In this document: positions 29,076 through 39,826 of the stretch, one piece after another | Position numbering within the stretch: position 1 is the first letter of the stretch | Layout: each line of letters begins with the position of its first letter | NCBI GenBank assembly: GCA_963705105.1 | Contig: CAVPIW010000004.1 | Location: 14,336-78,335, forward strand | Reading direction: 5' to 3' | Source: an uncultured Nitrospiraceae bacterium | GTDB taxonomy: Bacteria; Nitrospirota; Thermodesulfovibrionia; Thermodesulfovibrionales; Dissulfurispiraceae | Length of the DNA: 64,000 nt | Notes under the pieces: model-generated | Seen by the model: the letters and a program-made list of their open reading frames with translations, nothing else | Told to the model about the DNA's origin: nothing | Database searches by the model: none | Program-made: the position numbers and the translations under genes

Positions 29076-30579
29076 CCGCTCGCGACAAGCTCTATCAGCT
29101 CATCATTTCGCGCCTCGACGGGGACCGGATCGTCTTTCCGGAATACAGGAACGAGTATCCTGGATCTCGTCCGCAAAGGGATCGGCGGGTTTCATCGTTT
29201 TCGGGGGTGAGAGGACAGAGGTGAGGGATTTCATCGGCGCCCTCCAGGAAATGTCCGCCCATCCCCTCTTCATCGCCTCCGACGTCGAGCGCGGCGTCGG
29301 GCAGCAGATAGCGGGAACGACGGTCTTTCCCTCCCAGATGGCCCTTGCTGCTGCCGTTGACAGAGACCGGCAGGACCGGGTCTCACTTCTCCGCGATACC
29401 TTCCGGGTAATCGCCGCCGAGGCGGTCGACATGGGGATCACGATGCCCTTCATCCCCGTCCTCGACGTCAACAGCAACGCCGACAACCCCATCATCTGCA
29501 ACCGCGCCTTCTCCGACCGCCCCGACGTGGTATCATGGTTCGGAGCCGAATGCATCAGGGTCCTCGAAGAGGCGGGGCTCATGAGCTGCGCCAAACATTT
29601 CCCGGGACACGGCGACACGGCCGTCGACTCCCACATCGACCTCCCCGTCATCACGAGGTCAAGGGACGACCTTCACCGTTGTGATCTCCTTCCTTTCGCT
29701 GAGGCAATCCGGGCGGGAGTCAGCTCCGTCATGATGGGGCATCTCTGCGTAAGGGCATACGACGACATGCCGGCGACCCTCTCACGGACGGTCGTCACAG
29801 GCTTGCTCAGGGAGGAGCTGGGCTTCGGCGGCCTGATCCTCACCGATGCCCTCAACATGGCCGCCCTGAAAACCTTTGGAAACGTTGCGGCGGCATCTGT
29901 CAACGCCGGCTGCGACATCCTCCTCCACCCCGCTGATGCCGATCAGACCGTCGATGAGCTCGTCGGGTCATTAAAGTCCGGTGCGCTGAGCAGCGAGTGC
30001 CTTGCCGAAGCGATCGGGAGAGTCGGGAAGTTCAGGGTTAAGAACAGGCCGCCGGGGGATGGGATGGTCTCTTTCGACGAGCACCGCCGCCTCGCCGCTG
30101 TCCTGTCGGAACGCTCCGTCACCCTCGTCAAGGCAAAAGAGGGCATGCTGCCGCTGAGAAACGCCGACGGAATTCGCCTCTTTCGCGGAGGAGACGACTC
30201 TGTCGAACTGCATCCCCTGTTCAGGGAACGCTTCGGGGTTGTGTCGGCGGTGACGGACCCTGTTAGGGAGCGAGCCGGCCTGTCCGTTGTCCTGATCTTC
30301 GCCACCGCGGCGGCATGGAGGGGAACGTCAGGCATCGCCGGCCCCGAGCTTCAGGTGATACGGAACATTGTCGCCCGCTCGGACAGGTCCGTCGTCGTCT
30401 CCCTCGGCTGCCCCTATGTCCTGCGCTACTTCCCCGAAGCCGACGCCCTTATCGCCGTCTACGACAGCTCCGCCATGACCCAGGAGGCCCTGTTCCGCTG
30501 CCTCACCGGTGAGATACCCTTTGCCGGAAGACTGCCGGTAAGGATCAATGGTGTCCAAAATAACGTGACACGAAGATAG
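29072..30579 (+). pseudogene. nagZ: GH3 beta-N-acetylhexosaminidase (NagZ-like) with two +1 frameshifts near the 5' end (or sequencing errors)
   Basis: KHFPGHGDTAVDSH, SDVERG and TDAL.M motifs. The N-terminal segments LYQLII / DLVRKGIGG / FIVFGG lie in three successive frames. Confidence 0.75.
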
Positions 30580-30767
30580 GGCATGATTTCTTCGCATAAT
30601 AAACCCTTCTCACCGCAAATTCCTGACCATACAAACAAGAAAAGGCCCATCCTCGCGCCAAGACGCCAAGGTCGCCAAGAACGGCAAATGCACAATTGCA
30701 TAAAATCTTTTTTTAGGATGAAGGTTTGTATCTTTCTTTGCGCTCTTTGCGGCTTTGCGTGAGAATA

Positions 30768-30885
30768 CACAATCATGCTCGCTATCAGCGAGGCTTTGAG
30801 GCGTTTTGTACCGTCTTTTCGTTCAAGGCAACCGTGAATTTTGCTTCAGAAACCACACCCCATCCTCGTTTTCCAGGTCTCGCTG
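30768..30885. repeat. Inverted copy of 24712-24827 (includes a MITE-like end)
   Basis: caatcatgctcgctatcagcgaggctttgaggcgttttg...cttcagaaaccacaccc..tcctcgtttt is the reverse complement of the 24.7-kb sequence. Confidence 0.8.
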
Positions 30886-30968
30886 CAAAATATTTTGGAC
30901 AGGGGTGGGTAAGGATAATCAATTAACCCTGCAGTTGTATAAAAAGGGGGGGCGCCTTGTTGGCAGCC

Positions 30969-31304
30969 CTACAGCTTTTGGTTTATGAGTCTTCGCAACA
31001 GGACGTCCTCAACGCTTCGCCTTGAATCAATGACGGAGAGCACGTACACGTCTCTATTCGAGACCCGGTAGATGATTCTCCAGGGCCCCGCTATGAGTTC
31101 ATGATACTGAGTGATCCCCTGTTCCTGAAGTTCGGAAACAACCCGGCCTCTTTCGGGAAATGAGCGAAGGCTTGCGGCCTTTTTCTTGATCTCCTTGAAA
31201 ACCTCGTAAGCGCGCGAAGGGCTATCGTCAGCGATGTATTGCACGATAGCGAGAAGATCCTTTTCGGCCGTTTCCGACCATTTGACAGAGTGGCGTTGCG
31301 TCAT
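30969..31304 (-). CDS. RelE/ParE-family toxin
   Basis: V.WS..A..DL..I..YIA.DSP..A...L..FPERGRVV.EL...RIIYRV. Confidence 0.9.
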   Translation of the reverse strand: MTQRHSVKWSETAEKDLLAIVQYIADDSPSRAYEVFKEIKKKAASLRSFPERGRVVSELQEQGITQYHELIAGPWRIIYRVSNRDVYVLSVIDSRRSVEDVLLRRLINQKL

Positions 31305-31582
31305 TTCACTCTTTCTTTCAGCAGCTTTTCGATGTTTGCGAAAACCTCTTCCTGGGGTTTTAGATTTCCCTCTCTAATGTCTTGTTCTCCCTGCGAGATC
31401 ATTTTTAGTATGCCAATAGCATTTCGCATGTTCTGATAACTTTCGGGGTCCTGGAGTACTGCTCTGGGTTCTCCGTTCTGTGTGATGATGACCGGACGAT
31501 GAGTCTCATTAATCTGCTTCAGCAAGTCGGGCGCCTTTGACTTCAAATATGTAATAGGTTTAATGTCCTTCGAGATATTCAT
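31301..31582 (-). CDS. Phd/YefM-family antitoxin
   Basis: DIKPITYLK...LL.QINETHRPVIITQNGEPRAVLQD.ESY. Confidence 0.9.
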   Translation of the reverse strand: MNISKDIKPITYLKSKAPDLLKQINETHRPVIITQNGEPRAVLQDPESYQNMRNAIGILKMISQGEQDIREGNLKPQEEVFANIEKLLKERVK

Positions 31583-31958
31583 TCTTCACCTCCGGTCTTA
31601 TTATGGCACCATATAAAGACTGCTTGTCAAGCCCGACATTCTTCTTGCACTGCCAATCGCGGCGGTAAGAGGCCATAGCTCACGGTTCCCAAGGGTCGCC
31701 TCAAATCTGCGGCTCGCCGATTCCCCGATGCCGAAATGCCCGCCAATTTCACGCAAAGACATCTCCCCACATTCAGGTAAATTAAATACAGACTTTCTTC
31801 GCCTGATCAGGTTGCCTCTGAAACTCCCACCCGACCTCCCCCATGATGCCTTCCGGCGGATACCCCATGGTGCCTTTCACGGAGACCTCCCTGGTGTCTA
31901 TCCCAATAGTTCAGCGGCGGCAGCATGCTTCCCGCTGAAACGATTTATTCGAAGCGCT

Positions 31959-32255
31959 TTAAATTCTTTGTTGCCAGCTTTGGGGATTACGCTTGGCATG
32001 GAATAATGCGAGAATAACCACGGTGTCTGATTCAACCAAGAAAAAAGCTTCATAGGGGAACCTTCGCGTGAGCCCGCGACGGACAGTCTTATGAACGACG
32101 GGATACATGAGTGGATTACGAAGAATCGAATTAAAAAGACCATCCACCGCCCGGATGAAATCTAATCCAAGCCCCGCGGTGCGGGATTCGTACCAATCGA
32201 ACGCCTGGGCTAAGTCAGCTTGCGCCTCCGGACGAACGACAAGCTCTCGACTCAT
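31959..32255 (-). CDS. RelE/ParE-family toxin
   Basis: RPEAQADL..A..WYE....GLG.DF...NP..YP...RR.L.RRFPY...ILALFH.KR.P..W. Confidence 0.88.
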   Translation of the reverse strand: MSRELVVRPEAQADLAQAFDWYESRTAGLGLDFIRAVDGLFNSILRNPLMYPVVHKTVRRGLTRRFPYEAFFLVESDTVVILALFHAKRNPQSWQQRI

Positions 32256-32467
32256 GCTCGGCTCTTAAACCGCTCACGCACAACAGACCATGGCGAACCG
32301 GCATTCGGATCCCTGTGATAAGCATCGAGTCGTCGGTCAAGTTCGGCTCTCTGCTCATCCGTCAGAGGGACAGAGTCGGGCACTTCCGCAATGCTGTCCC
32401 AAATATCCTGAACAAGTTGAATCCGCTCAGAAACGCTAAGATTAAGGATATCTGCCTTTCCTATCAT
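32252..32467 (-). CDS. Putative addiction-module antitoxin
   Basis: LSVSERIQLVQDIWDSI...LT.EQRAELDRRL...P...W..V. Confidence 0.88.
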   Translation of the reverse strand: MIGKADILNLSVSERIQLVQDIWDSIAEVPDSVPLTDEQRAELDRRLDAYHRDPNAGSPWSVVRERFKSRA

Positions 32468-32634
32468 GTTTCGCCTTCCTCCCATAATAACCAGGATACA
32501 TTAGATATTGGCTGTTTTCAATCGCCTCTGAGTCGATCGTGTTATATGGTAGATCGGAGATCAGAGACTTGAGGAGTTGACTGAGATCAACGTTGAACCC
32601 GAAACCCGTAACTCGCAACTCGTACCCGTACCCC

Positions 32635-35199
32635 TCACTGCTCTTCCGCCATTTTGCGCAGCTCCTGGAGCTTCTTCAGGGCCTTCTTTGGCGTCAGCGA
32701 CGCCACGTCGATTCTGAGCAGCTCCTGCGAGATCGGGTCGACGGTGACAAAAAGGTCCATCTGCGTGTACCGGGGCCGCAACGTCTTCGATCCCCTTTTT
32801 TCGAGCGTCTCAAGCACACCTTTTGCCCGGTCGATCACCTCTTCCGGAAGACCTGCAAGCCTCGCCACCTGGATGCCGTAGCTCTTATCCGCAGGACCCC
32901 GCTCGATCTTCCTCAGGAAGATGACCTCGTCGCCCCACTCCTTCACGACGACATTGTAATTCTTAATGCCCTCAATCACGCCGCTGAGATCGGTCAGCTC
33001 GTGGTAGTGCGTTGCGAAGAGCGTGCGCGCCAACAGCTTCGTCGACAGATACTCGGCGACGGACCAGGCGATGCTGATCCCGTCATAGGTGCTCGTTCCC
33101 CTGCCGACCTCGTCCAGGAGGATGAGGCTCCGCTCCGTGGCGTTGTTGAGAATGTTGGCCGTCTCGATCATCTCGACCATAAAGGTGCTCTGCCCCTTGC
33201 CGATGTAATCAGCGGCGCCGATACGGGTGAAGATGCGGTCCGTGACGCCGATGGTCGCTGTCGCGGCGGGGATGAAGGACCCGATCTGGGCCATGAGAAC
33301 GATGACCGCGATCTGACGCATGTATGTCGATTTGCCTGCCATGTTCGGCCCTGTAATCATGAGGAGCCTGTTGTCGCCGCCGTCAAGGAGGGCGCTGTTC
33401 GGAATGAACCGCTCGTCCATCGTGGCAATGCGACGGGTGCTGAGGAGACGTTCGACAACGGGATGCCTGCCGTCGGTTATCTCGATGAGAGAGCTGTCCG
33501 TAACGGCAGGTCTTCCGTAGTCATACCTCCTGGCAACGACGGCAAGGGCCGTCAGGAAGTCGATCGTCGCCACCTGAGCGGAGGCGTTCAGGAGCGCTTC
33601 GGCATGCTTCTGGACCGATTCGAGGATGCCCACAAAGAGCTGGTATTCCAGCTCTTTCAGCCTGTCCTCGGCGCCGAGGACCTTCGCCTCGTACTCCTTG
33701 AGGTCCTGCGTCATGAACCGCTCGCAGTTCGCAAGGGTCTGCTTGCGGATGTAGTCATCGGGGACGAGGTGGAGGTTCGGCTTCGTGATCTCGATGTAGT
33801 ACCCGAAGACCTTGTTGAACCCGACTTTAAGCGACGCGATGCCCGTCCTCTGCTTCTCGTCGGCCTCCATCCTCGCGATCACATCCTTGCCGCTCGTCGA
33901 GACCAGCCTGAGCTCGTCGACGTCCCTGTTGTATCCCTTCCTGATGAGCCCCCCGTCCCGCGCGCTGAGAGGCGGGTTTTCGACGATGGCGAACGCGATG
34001 AGGTCCTCCGCATCGGTGAGGTCCCCGATTGCCGAGCCGATCTCCTGGATGTAGGTATCCCTCGACGCAGTCAGCAGCTTCCTGACCTTCGGCAGGTGCA
34101 GGATCGACTGCCTGAGGGCGACGACGTCCCGGGGGCTCGCCGTTTTGCTCACGATGCGCGACGTCAGCCGCTCGATGTCCTGGATCTTCCGCAGCGTTGT
34201 CCGCAGCTCCTCCATGAGCTCGTAATCGTCTATGATGACCGCAACGGCGGACTGCCTCTTCAGGATGTCCGGCACCGAGACGAGGGGCCGTGAAAGGGCG
34301 TTTCTCATCATCCGTCCCCCCATGGGGGTCTGTGTCTCGTCGAGGACCCAGAGCAGAGACCCTTCGGCCGAGCCGTCCTTCAGGTTGTGAAGGAGCTCCA
34401 GGTTTTTCTTCGTTGACGCGTCGAGGAACATGCTCGCCGCCTCGTTAAGCACCGACATCTTCTTGAAGGTGAGGACCTTCTGCGTCTCCTTCAGGTAGCT
34501 CACGAGTGCGCCTGCCGCGGAAACGGCGGCATTCATGCCGCTGCAGCCGTACCCTTCCAGTGACGACACCCGGAAGTGGTTCAGGAGCAGCCGGTACGCC
34601 TCCGCATAATCGAAATTCCAGTCATCGTAATATGTCACGAACTGACCCCGGAACACCTGCTGGTAGTGGAGGTTCTCCCGGAGGCTCGCGGGACAGAGGA
34701 TCTCCCGCGGTTCGAACCTCCCGATCTCGTCATCGAGGGGCCTGCCCGTTTCGTAGACCGTGAACTCACCCGTCGACAGGTCCGCCACGGTGATGCCGCA
34801 GATGTCCCTCTCAGGGAATATGCCCATGATATATGCGTTTTCCTTGGGCTGATCGGGTGTGTGCGTCCCCGGCGTGATGACCCTGACGACCTCGCGCTGC
34901 ACGATCCCCTTGGCAAGCTTGGGATCTTCGGTCTGCTCACAGAGGGCAACTTTGTATCCCGCACGGATGAGCTTCGTGATGTATCCGTCAACGGAGAAAT
35001 AGGGCACACCGCACATCGGGACAGGATCGTCCTTGCCCCTGTCTCTCGTCGTGAGGGCGATCTGGAGCACCTGCGAGGCCTTTTTCGCGTCGTCACCGAA
35101 CATCTCGTAAAAATCGCCGAGCCTGAAGAGCAGGATCGCATCGCTGTGCTCCTCTTTGATGCTCTGGTACTGCTTCATCAGGGGTGTCAGTTCAGACAT
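32635..35199 (-). CDS. mutS: DNA mismatch repair protein MutS
   Basis: TPLMKQY, FRLGDFYEMF, TGPNMAGKSTYMRQ, STFMVEM, DEVGRGTSTYDG, FATHYHEL, SYGIQVARLAG. Confidence 0.97.
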   Translation of the reverse strand: MSELTPLMKQYQSIKEEHSDAILLFRLGDFYEMFGDDAKKASQVLQIALTTRDRGKDDPVPMCGVPYFSVDGYITKLIRAGYKVALCEQTEDPKLAKGIVQREVVRVITPGTHTPDQPKENAYIMGIFPERDICGITVADLSTGEFTVYETGRPLDDEIGRFEPREILCPASLRENLHYQQVFRGQFVTYYDDWNFDYAEAYRLLLNHFRVSSLEGYGCSGMNAAVSAAGALVSYLKETQKVLTFKKMSVLNEAASMFLDASTKKNLELLHNLKDGSAEGSLLWVLDETQTPMGGRMMRNALSRPLVSVPDILKRQSAVAVIIDDYELMEELRTTLRKIQDIERLTSRIVSKTASPRDVVALRQSILHLPKVRKLLTASRDTYIQEIGSAIGDLTDAEDLIAFAIVENPPLSARDGGLIRKGYNRDVDELRLVSTSGKDVIARMEADEKQRTGIASLKVGFNKVFGYYIEITKPNLHLVPDDYIRKQTLANCERFMTQDLKEYEAKVLGAEDRLKELEYQLFVGILESVQKHAEALLNASAQVATIDFLTALAVVARRYDYGRPAVTDSSLIEITDGRHPVVERLLSTRRIATMDERFIPNSALLDGGDNRLLMITGPNMAGKSTYMRQIAVIVLMAQIGSFIPAATATIGVTDRIFTRIGAADYIGKGQSTFMVEMIETANILNNATERSLILLDEVGRGTSTYDGISIAWSVAEYLSTKLLARTLFATHYHELTDLSGVIEGIKNYNVVVKEWGDEVIFLRKIERGPADKSYGIQVARLAGLPEEVIDRAKGVLETLEKRGSKTLRPRYTQMDLFVTVDPISQELLRIDVASLTPKKALKKLQELRKMAEEQ

Positions 35200-35632
35200 G
35201 AAGACCTCGCACACTGTTTTCTGACGTCACAGGAATCACCATGCAATTATACCTCAATCGCATTTGCCGGGGAAACGAGCCCTTATAACAAGGCAATTTT
35301 CTCACACAAAAATACGACAAATTCAGATTAGCCACAGAGAGCACAGAGGTCACAGAGATTCGTTTCACTGACACTCACACAAACACTTCTTTACGCTCTT
35401 TGCGTCTTTGCGCGAGAATAGTCTTTTGCCGTGTTTTGCCGTTCAAAATTCTATGATTTTTTCTCTGTGCTCTCTGTGTTCTCTGTGGCAGAATGGCCGT
35501 TTCTCGCCTTTCTTTACGCTCTTTGCGTCTTTGCGCGAGAATCAGCTTTTTGCATGGTATGATATACTGTTGTGATCCAATGATATCCGAATCGTACAAA
35601 CCATTCCGAGAACGAGCGGGCAGGAATAATTC

Positions 35633-37051
35633 ATGAACATTCGCGATGAGATCTTCAGGACCTATGACATCAGGGGCATCGTCGGTGAGAGCCTCGACCG
35701 TGACGCAGCGTACGCCATCGGGGGCGCCTTTGCCGTCTCCGTGAAGCGGGCAAGGCCCAAGGCGCGCTGCGTGAGCGTCGGGAGGGACGTGAGGCTCAGC
35801 TCCGACGAGCTTGCCGGGGCGCTCACAGAGGGCATTCTGTCTCAGGGCCTGGACGCTGTCGACATCGGGCGCTGTCCCACGCCGCTCCAGTATTTCTCCC
35901 TCTACCGCCTGAACCTCGACGGGGGCGTCATGGTGACAGGCAGCCACAATCCGGCGGAATACAACGGGTTCAAGCTCAGCGTCGGCAAGGAGACCCTCTT
36001 CGGCGAGGGAATTCAGGATATTCTCCGGACCATCCGGACAGGCATCCCCGCTCCGAGAGGTGCCAGGGGAAGGCTCCTGACCTACGACATCGTGAGCGCA
36101 TACAAGGAGGCCCTGCTCAGCGAATTCTCGTCCCTCTGCGGCGGTGACTTCCCGAGGCTGAAGGTCGTCGTCGACGCGGGCAACGGGACGGCCGGAGAGA
36201 TCGTCCCTCCCCTCCTGGAGGCCCTGAACTGCGACGTCATCCCCCTCTACTGCGAGCCCGACGGACGTTTCCCGAACCATCACCCCGATCCGACGGTCAT
36301 CGCGAACATACAGGAGCTCATCAGGACAACAAAGGAGCAAAATGCCGATTTCGGTGTCGGCTACGACGGCGATGCCGACAGGATCGGCGTCGTCGACCCC
36401 AACGGAGACGTCATCTGGGGAGACCAGATCATGGTGATCCTCGCACGGGAGATCCTGAAGGAGAGGACCGGATGCGTCGTCATCGGCGACGTGAAGTGCT
36501 CCCAGTCCATGTTCGACGACATCGGGCGCCAGGGCGGGCGGGCGATCATGTGGAAAACCGGCCATTCCCTGGTCAAGCAAAAGATGCGGGAAGAGGCCGC
36601 GGTGCTGGCCGGCGAGTTCAGCGGCCACATCTTTATCGCGGACCGGTATTTCGGGTACGACGACGCCATCTACACGACGCTGCGGATCGTCGAAATCCTC
36701 AAGAAAACGGGGTTGTCAATCAATGAACTCCTGAAGGGGCTGCCGAAGATGGTTTTCACGCCGGAGATCCGCATCGACTGCGAAGAGAGACTAAAGAGGG
36801 CCGTCGTCGATCGTGTGGTCAGGCGCATCGGGACGTACCGGGACAGCGGAGAATCGCCCCTGCCCATCAGGGACGTGAACACGATCGACGGCATCCGTGT
36901 CGTCTTCGAGAAGGGCTGGGGACTGGTGAGGGTAAGCAACACCCAGCCCGTCATCGTCATGAGGGTGGAGGCTGAGGACGGAGAAAATCTCGACCTGTAC
37001 CGGTCTTTCCTGGAAAACACACTGAAGGCTGAAATGGAGGCCGCGCAATGA
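35633..37051 (+). CDS. manB: Phosphomannomutase/phosphoglucomutase
   Basis: FRTYDIRG, TGSHNP, DGDADR, GEFSGH, RVSNTQP. Confidence 0.92.
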   Translation: MNIRDEIFRTYDIRGIVGESLDRDAAYAIGGAFAVSVKRARPKARCVSVGRDVRLSSDELAGALTEGILSQGLDAVDIGRCPTPLQYFSLYRLNLDGGVMVTGSHNPAEYNGFKLSVGKETLFGEGIQDILRTIRTGIPAPRGARGRLLTYDIVSAYKEALLSEFSSLCGGDFPRLKVVVDAGNGTAGEIVPPLLEALNCDVIPLYCEPDGRFPNHHPDPTVIANIQELIRTTKEQNADFGVGYDGDADRIGVVDPNGDVIWGDQIMVILAREILKERTGCVVIGDVKCSQSMFDDIGRQGGRAIMWKTGHSLVKQKMREEAAVLAGEFSGHIFIADRYFGYDDAIYTTLRIVEILKKTGLSINELLKGLPKMVFTPEIRIDCEERLKRAVVDRVVRRIGTYRDSGESPLPIRDVNTIDGIRVVFEKGWGLVRVSNTQPVIVMRVEAEDGENLDLYRSFLENTLKAEMEAAQ

Positions 37052-38472
37052 AGGCGATCATTCTCGCCGGGGGAAGCGGGACCCGGCTCTGGCCGCTCTC
37101 GAGGAAGAACTACCCGAAACAGTTCCTGAAGCTCAACCCTTGTGCCGATGCAGCCACCTGCGCCTTCGACAGGGGGTCCCTGATCCAGCAGACCGTGAAG
37201 CGGCTCCTGAGGGCGCTCGTTGCCGAGGATATCGTCATCATGACGAACAACGATTACAAGTTTCATGTCCTCTCAGATCTCGACGAGGTCTCCGACGTTG
37301 TCGCCGGCAACATCATCCTCGAACCATGCCGGCGGAACACGGCCCCTGCCATCGCTCTCGCTCTCCGCTCCTGCCTCGAGAAATTCCAGTGTCCCGGGAA
37401 CGAGGTCTTTTTCATCTCTCCCTCGGACCACATCATCGAGCCCGAGGGCTCCTTCGTACAGTATCTTCGACTGGCCGAAACAGTGGCGCAGGCGGGACAT
37501 ATCGTCACGTTCGGCATCCGGCCGGCCGGTCCCGAGACGGGGTACGGGTATATCAGGACGAGGGAAGCGGAATCTGAGGGTGCAGGGGAATTCCTCGGCG
37601 TCGAGGCCTTCACGGAAAAGCCCGACATCGAAAAGGCCCGGGAATACGTCGCCAGCGGGCGGTATTACTGGAATTCGGGCATGTTCGCCTTTACCCTCGA
37701 CACCTTCGTGGAAGAATTGAAGAAGTATATGCCCTCCATCATGGCGATCTATGACAGGGGATACGACGGGATGCTCTCCTCTTTCAGCGAAATGCCCGAC
37801 ATATCGATCGATTACGCGATCATGGAGAAGTCGGACCGCGTCGTCACCATCCCGATGGACATCACATGGAACGACGTCGGCTCCTGGGATTCCATCTACC
37901 AGGTGCTGCCGAGGGATGACGCCGGGAACGTCAAGATCGGCGACATCATCGACGTTGACACGAAGGACTCTCTCATCATGAGCGGCAAGAGGCTCGTCGC
38001 CACCATCGGCCTCGAAAACCTCCTCATCGTCGAGACCGACGACGCGCTGCTCATCACGAAACGGGGCGACGCGCAGAAGGTGAAGCACGTCGTCGACAGG
38101 CTCAACGAGAAGAAGAGGTCCGAGGCGAACGAGCACACGACGACCTTCCGGCCCTGGGGAAGCTACACGGTGCTCGAAGAGGGGACACGGTACAAGATCA
38201 AACGCATCGTCGTCAACAGGGGCGCCAAGCTGAGCCTCCAGTTGCATCATCACCGGAGCGAGCACTGGGTCGTCATTAAGGGGACTGCGAAGGTGACCAT
38301 CGGCGACAAGGAGATCTTCGTCCACGAGAACGAAAGCGTCTACGTGCCCAAGAGCACGCGCCACAGGCTCGAAAACCCTGGAAAGGTGCCCCTCGAGATC
38401 ATCGAGGTCCAGAACGGCGAATACGTCGAAGAGGACGACATCGTGCGCGAGGAAGACATCTACGGACGATGA
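37048..38472 (+). CDS. manC: Mannose-1-phosphate guanylyltransferase / mannose-6-phosphate isomerase
   Basis: ILAGGSGTRLWPLSR..YPKQF, WNSGMF, SIDYAIME, C-terminal cupin RPWG...SLQLHHHRSEHW. Confidence 0.95.
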   Translation: MKAIILAGGSGTRLWPLSRKNYPKQFLKLNPCADAATCAFDRGSLIQQTVKRLLRALVAEDIVIMTNNDYKFHVLSDLDEVSDVVAGNIILEPCRRNTAPAIALALRSCLEKFQCPGNEVFFISPSDHIIEPEGSFVQYLRLAETVAQAGHIVTFGIRPAGPETGYGYIRTREAESEGAGEFLGVEAFTEKPDIEKAREYVASGRYYWNSGMFAFTLDTFVEELKKYMPSIMAIYDRGYDGMLSSFSEMPDISIDYAIMEKSDRVVTIPMDITWNDVGSWDSIYQVLPRDDAGNVKIGDIIDVDTKDSLIMSGKRLVATIGLENLLIVETDDALLITKRGDAQKVKHVVDRLNEKKRSEANEHTTTFRPWGSYTVLEEGTRYKIKRIVVNRGAKLSLQLHHHRSEHWVVIKGTAKVTIGDKEIFVHENESVYVPKSTRHRLENPGKVPLEIIEVQNGEYVEEDDIVREEDIYGR

Positions 38473-38480
38473 ACCTCGTA

Positions 38481-38685
38481 GTTGTGGAAAAGGCAGGGTG
38501 AAGCGCCTCAAAGCCTTGCTGAAGGCGACGATACTCCTCGTCAGGTTTGTGTTTCAGGATTCCACTCTCTGTGTGATCGACCATTGGCTTGAAAGGTTGT
38601 CTTCGGTGAAGTTTAAGGTGTCGCCGCATCAAGGTTTTCGGCGCATACACCCTGCCTTTCGGTTGGGCGTATTGCAATGATAAGG
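38481..38685. mobile_element. MITE-like element (about 200 bp, about 42-bp imperfect terminal inverted repeats)
   Basis: Left end AAAGGCAGGGTGaaGCGCCtcAAAgCCTTGcTGaaGGCGAC; the right end reverse-complements to AAAGGCAGGGTGtatGCGCCgaAAACCTTGaTGcGGCGAC. Several homologues occur in the window. Confidence 0.65.
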
Positions 38686-38695
38686 TCAATATAGC

Positions 38696-39826
38696 GTGAT
38701 GCGCGTCATCCTCAACAACAGGCCCCTCCTCTTCACAAAGACCGGTGTCGGATACTACGTGTACAATCTCTATCACCACCTCCTCCTGTCACCTGACATC
38801 GAAATCTCCACCACCATTGACGTCCCGTCATCCCGTGTCATCAGCGCAATGAGCAAGGGCGCCCAGCACGTCAGAAGGGTCCTCGGCGACGGCCTTCTGA
38901 AGATCACCGTCCCCATAGGAGATTTGCTCGTGTCGAGCCGCAGGAAGGATCACGGGCACCTGCCGCCGGCCGACATTTATCATGAAACGTTCTACGAGGC
39001 GATCCCCCCCGTTGCGCGGAAGACCGTCGCGAACATCTACGACCTGTCATTTCTCCTCGTTCCTCACCTGCTGCCCGACAGGATCGTCCGGGACTGCCGG
39101 GCAAGCCTCGGCGACATCGTCAATGCGCACAGGATCATCGTCAACAGCCGTGCCGTCAGGGACGAAGTGGTCTCCCTTCTCCGGGTCCCGGAGGACAGGA
39201 TCGCCGTGATCCCCCTCGCTCCGGCGGCCGGGTACGTACCGGTACAGGATCTGGATAGCATCAGAAAGACAGCCCGGAGGTTCGTCGACGGCGACTATCT
39301 CCTCTTCGTCGGCACCGTCGAGCCGAGAAAGAACCTTGCCGTCCTCCTCAGGGCCTTCAGGGTATTGCGGGAGAGGCGGGACGTGAAACTGGTCATCGCC
39401 GGCGGAAAGGGGTGGATGTATGCCGACATCCTGAAAATGCCCCGCGAGCTCGGCATTGAACGGGACATTGCATTTGCCGGATATGTGAATGAGAAGACCA
39501 TGCTCCATCTCTATAACGGCGCCATAGCCGTCGTCTACCCCTCGCTTTACGAGGGGTTCGGCCTGCCCGTCGTCGAAGCGATGGCCTGCGGCAGGCCCCT
39601 CGTCGTCTCCGACATCCCACCGCTGCGGGAGGTGGCGGGAGAGGCGGCCCTCTATGTAAGACCCGACGATGATGCAGGACTGGCCGATGCCCTCTCAAGG
39701 GTCCTCAACTCCGATTCGCTCAGGCGCAGCCTGGGCGAGCAGGGACTGGTCCGTTCGCGCGAATACTCCTGGGACAGGGTGGCGGCATTGACAATCGAGG
39801 CGTACAGGACTGCCCTGGCGTCATGA
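38696..39826 (+). CDS. GT4 glycosyltransferase
   Basis: TGVGYY, FVGTVEPRKN, YPSLYEGFGLPVVEAMACG. Confidence 0.92.
   Translation: MMRVILNNRPLLFTKTGVGYYVYNLYHHLLLSPDIEISTTIDVPSSRVISAMSKGAQHVRRVLGDGLLKITVPIGDLLVSSRRKDHGHLPPADIYHETFYEAIPPVARKTVANIYDLSFLLVPHLLPDRIVRDCRASLGDIVNAHRIIVNSRAVRDEVVSLLRVPEDRIAVIPLAPAAGYVPVQDLDSIRKTARRFVDGDYLLFVGTVEPRKNLAVLLRAFRVLRERRDVKLVIAGGKGWMYADILKMPRELGIERDIAFAGYVNEKTMLHLYNGAIAVVYPSLYEGFGLPVVEAMACGRPLVVSDIPPLREVAGEAALYVRPDDDAGLADALSRVLNSDSLRRSLGEQGLVRSREYSWDRVAALTIEAYRTALAS

Noticed and set aside
31630..31950. attC-like site between the TA modules
   Set aside because: I could not identify paired R/L boxes with confidence.
32593..34293. 566-aa ORF opposite mutS, and similar shadows opposite lon, manC, pepF and the ELWxxDGT gene
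   Set aside because: Same antisense artefact; the opposite strand carries clear conserved proteins.
38498..38680. Homologous short ORFs (KRLKALLKATI...) at 25.0, 38.5 and 42.2 kb
   Set aside because: These are translations of the MITE-like repeat, with inconsistent starts and stops and no RBS.
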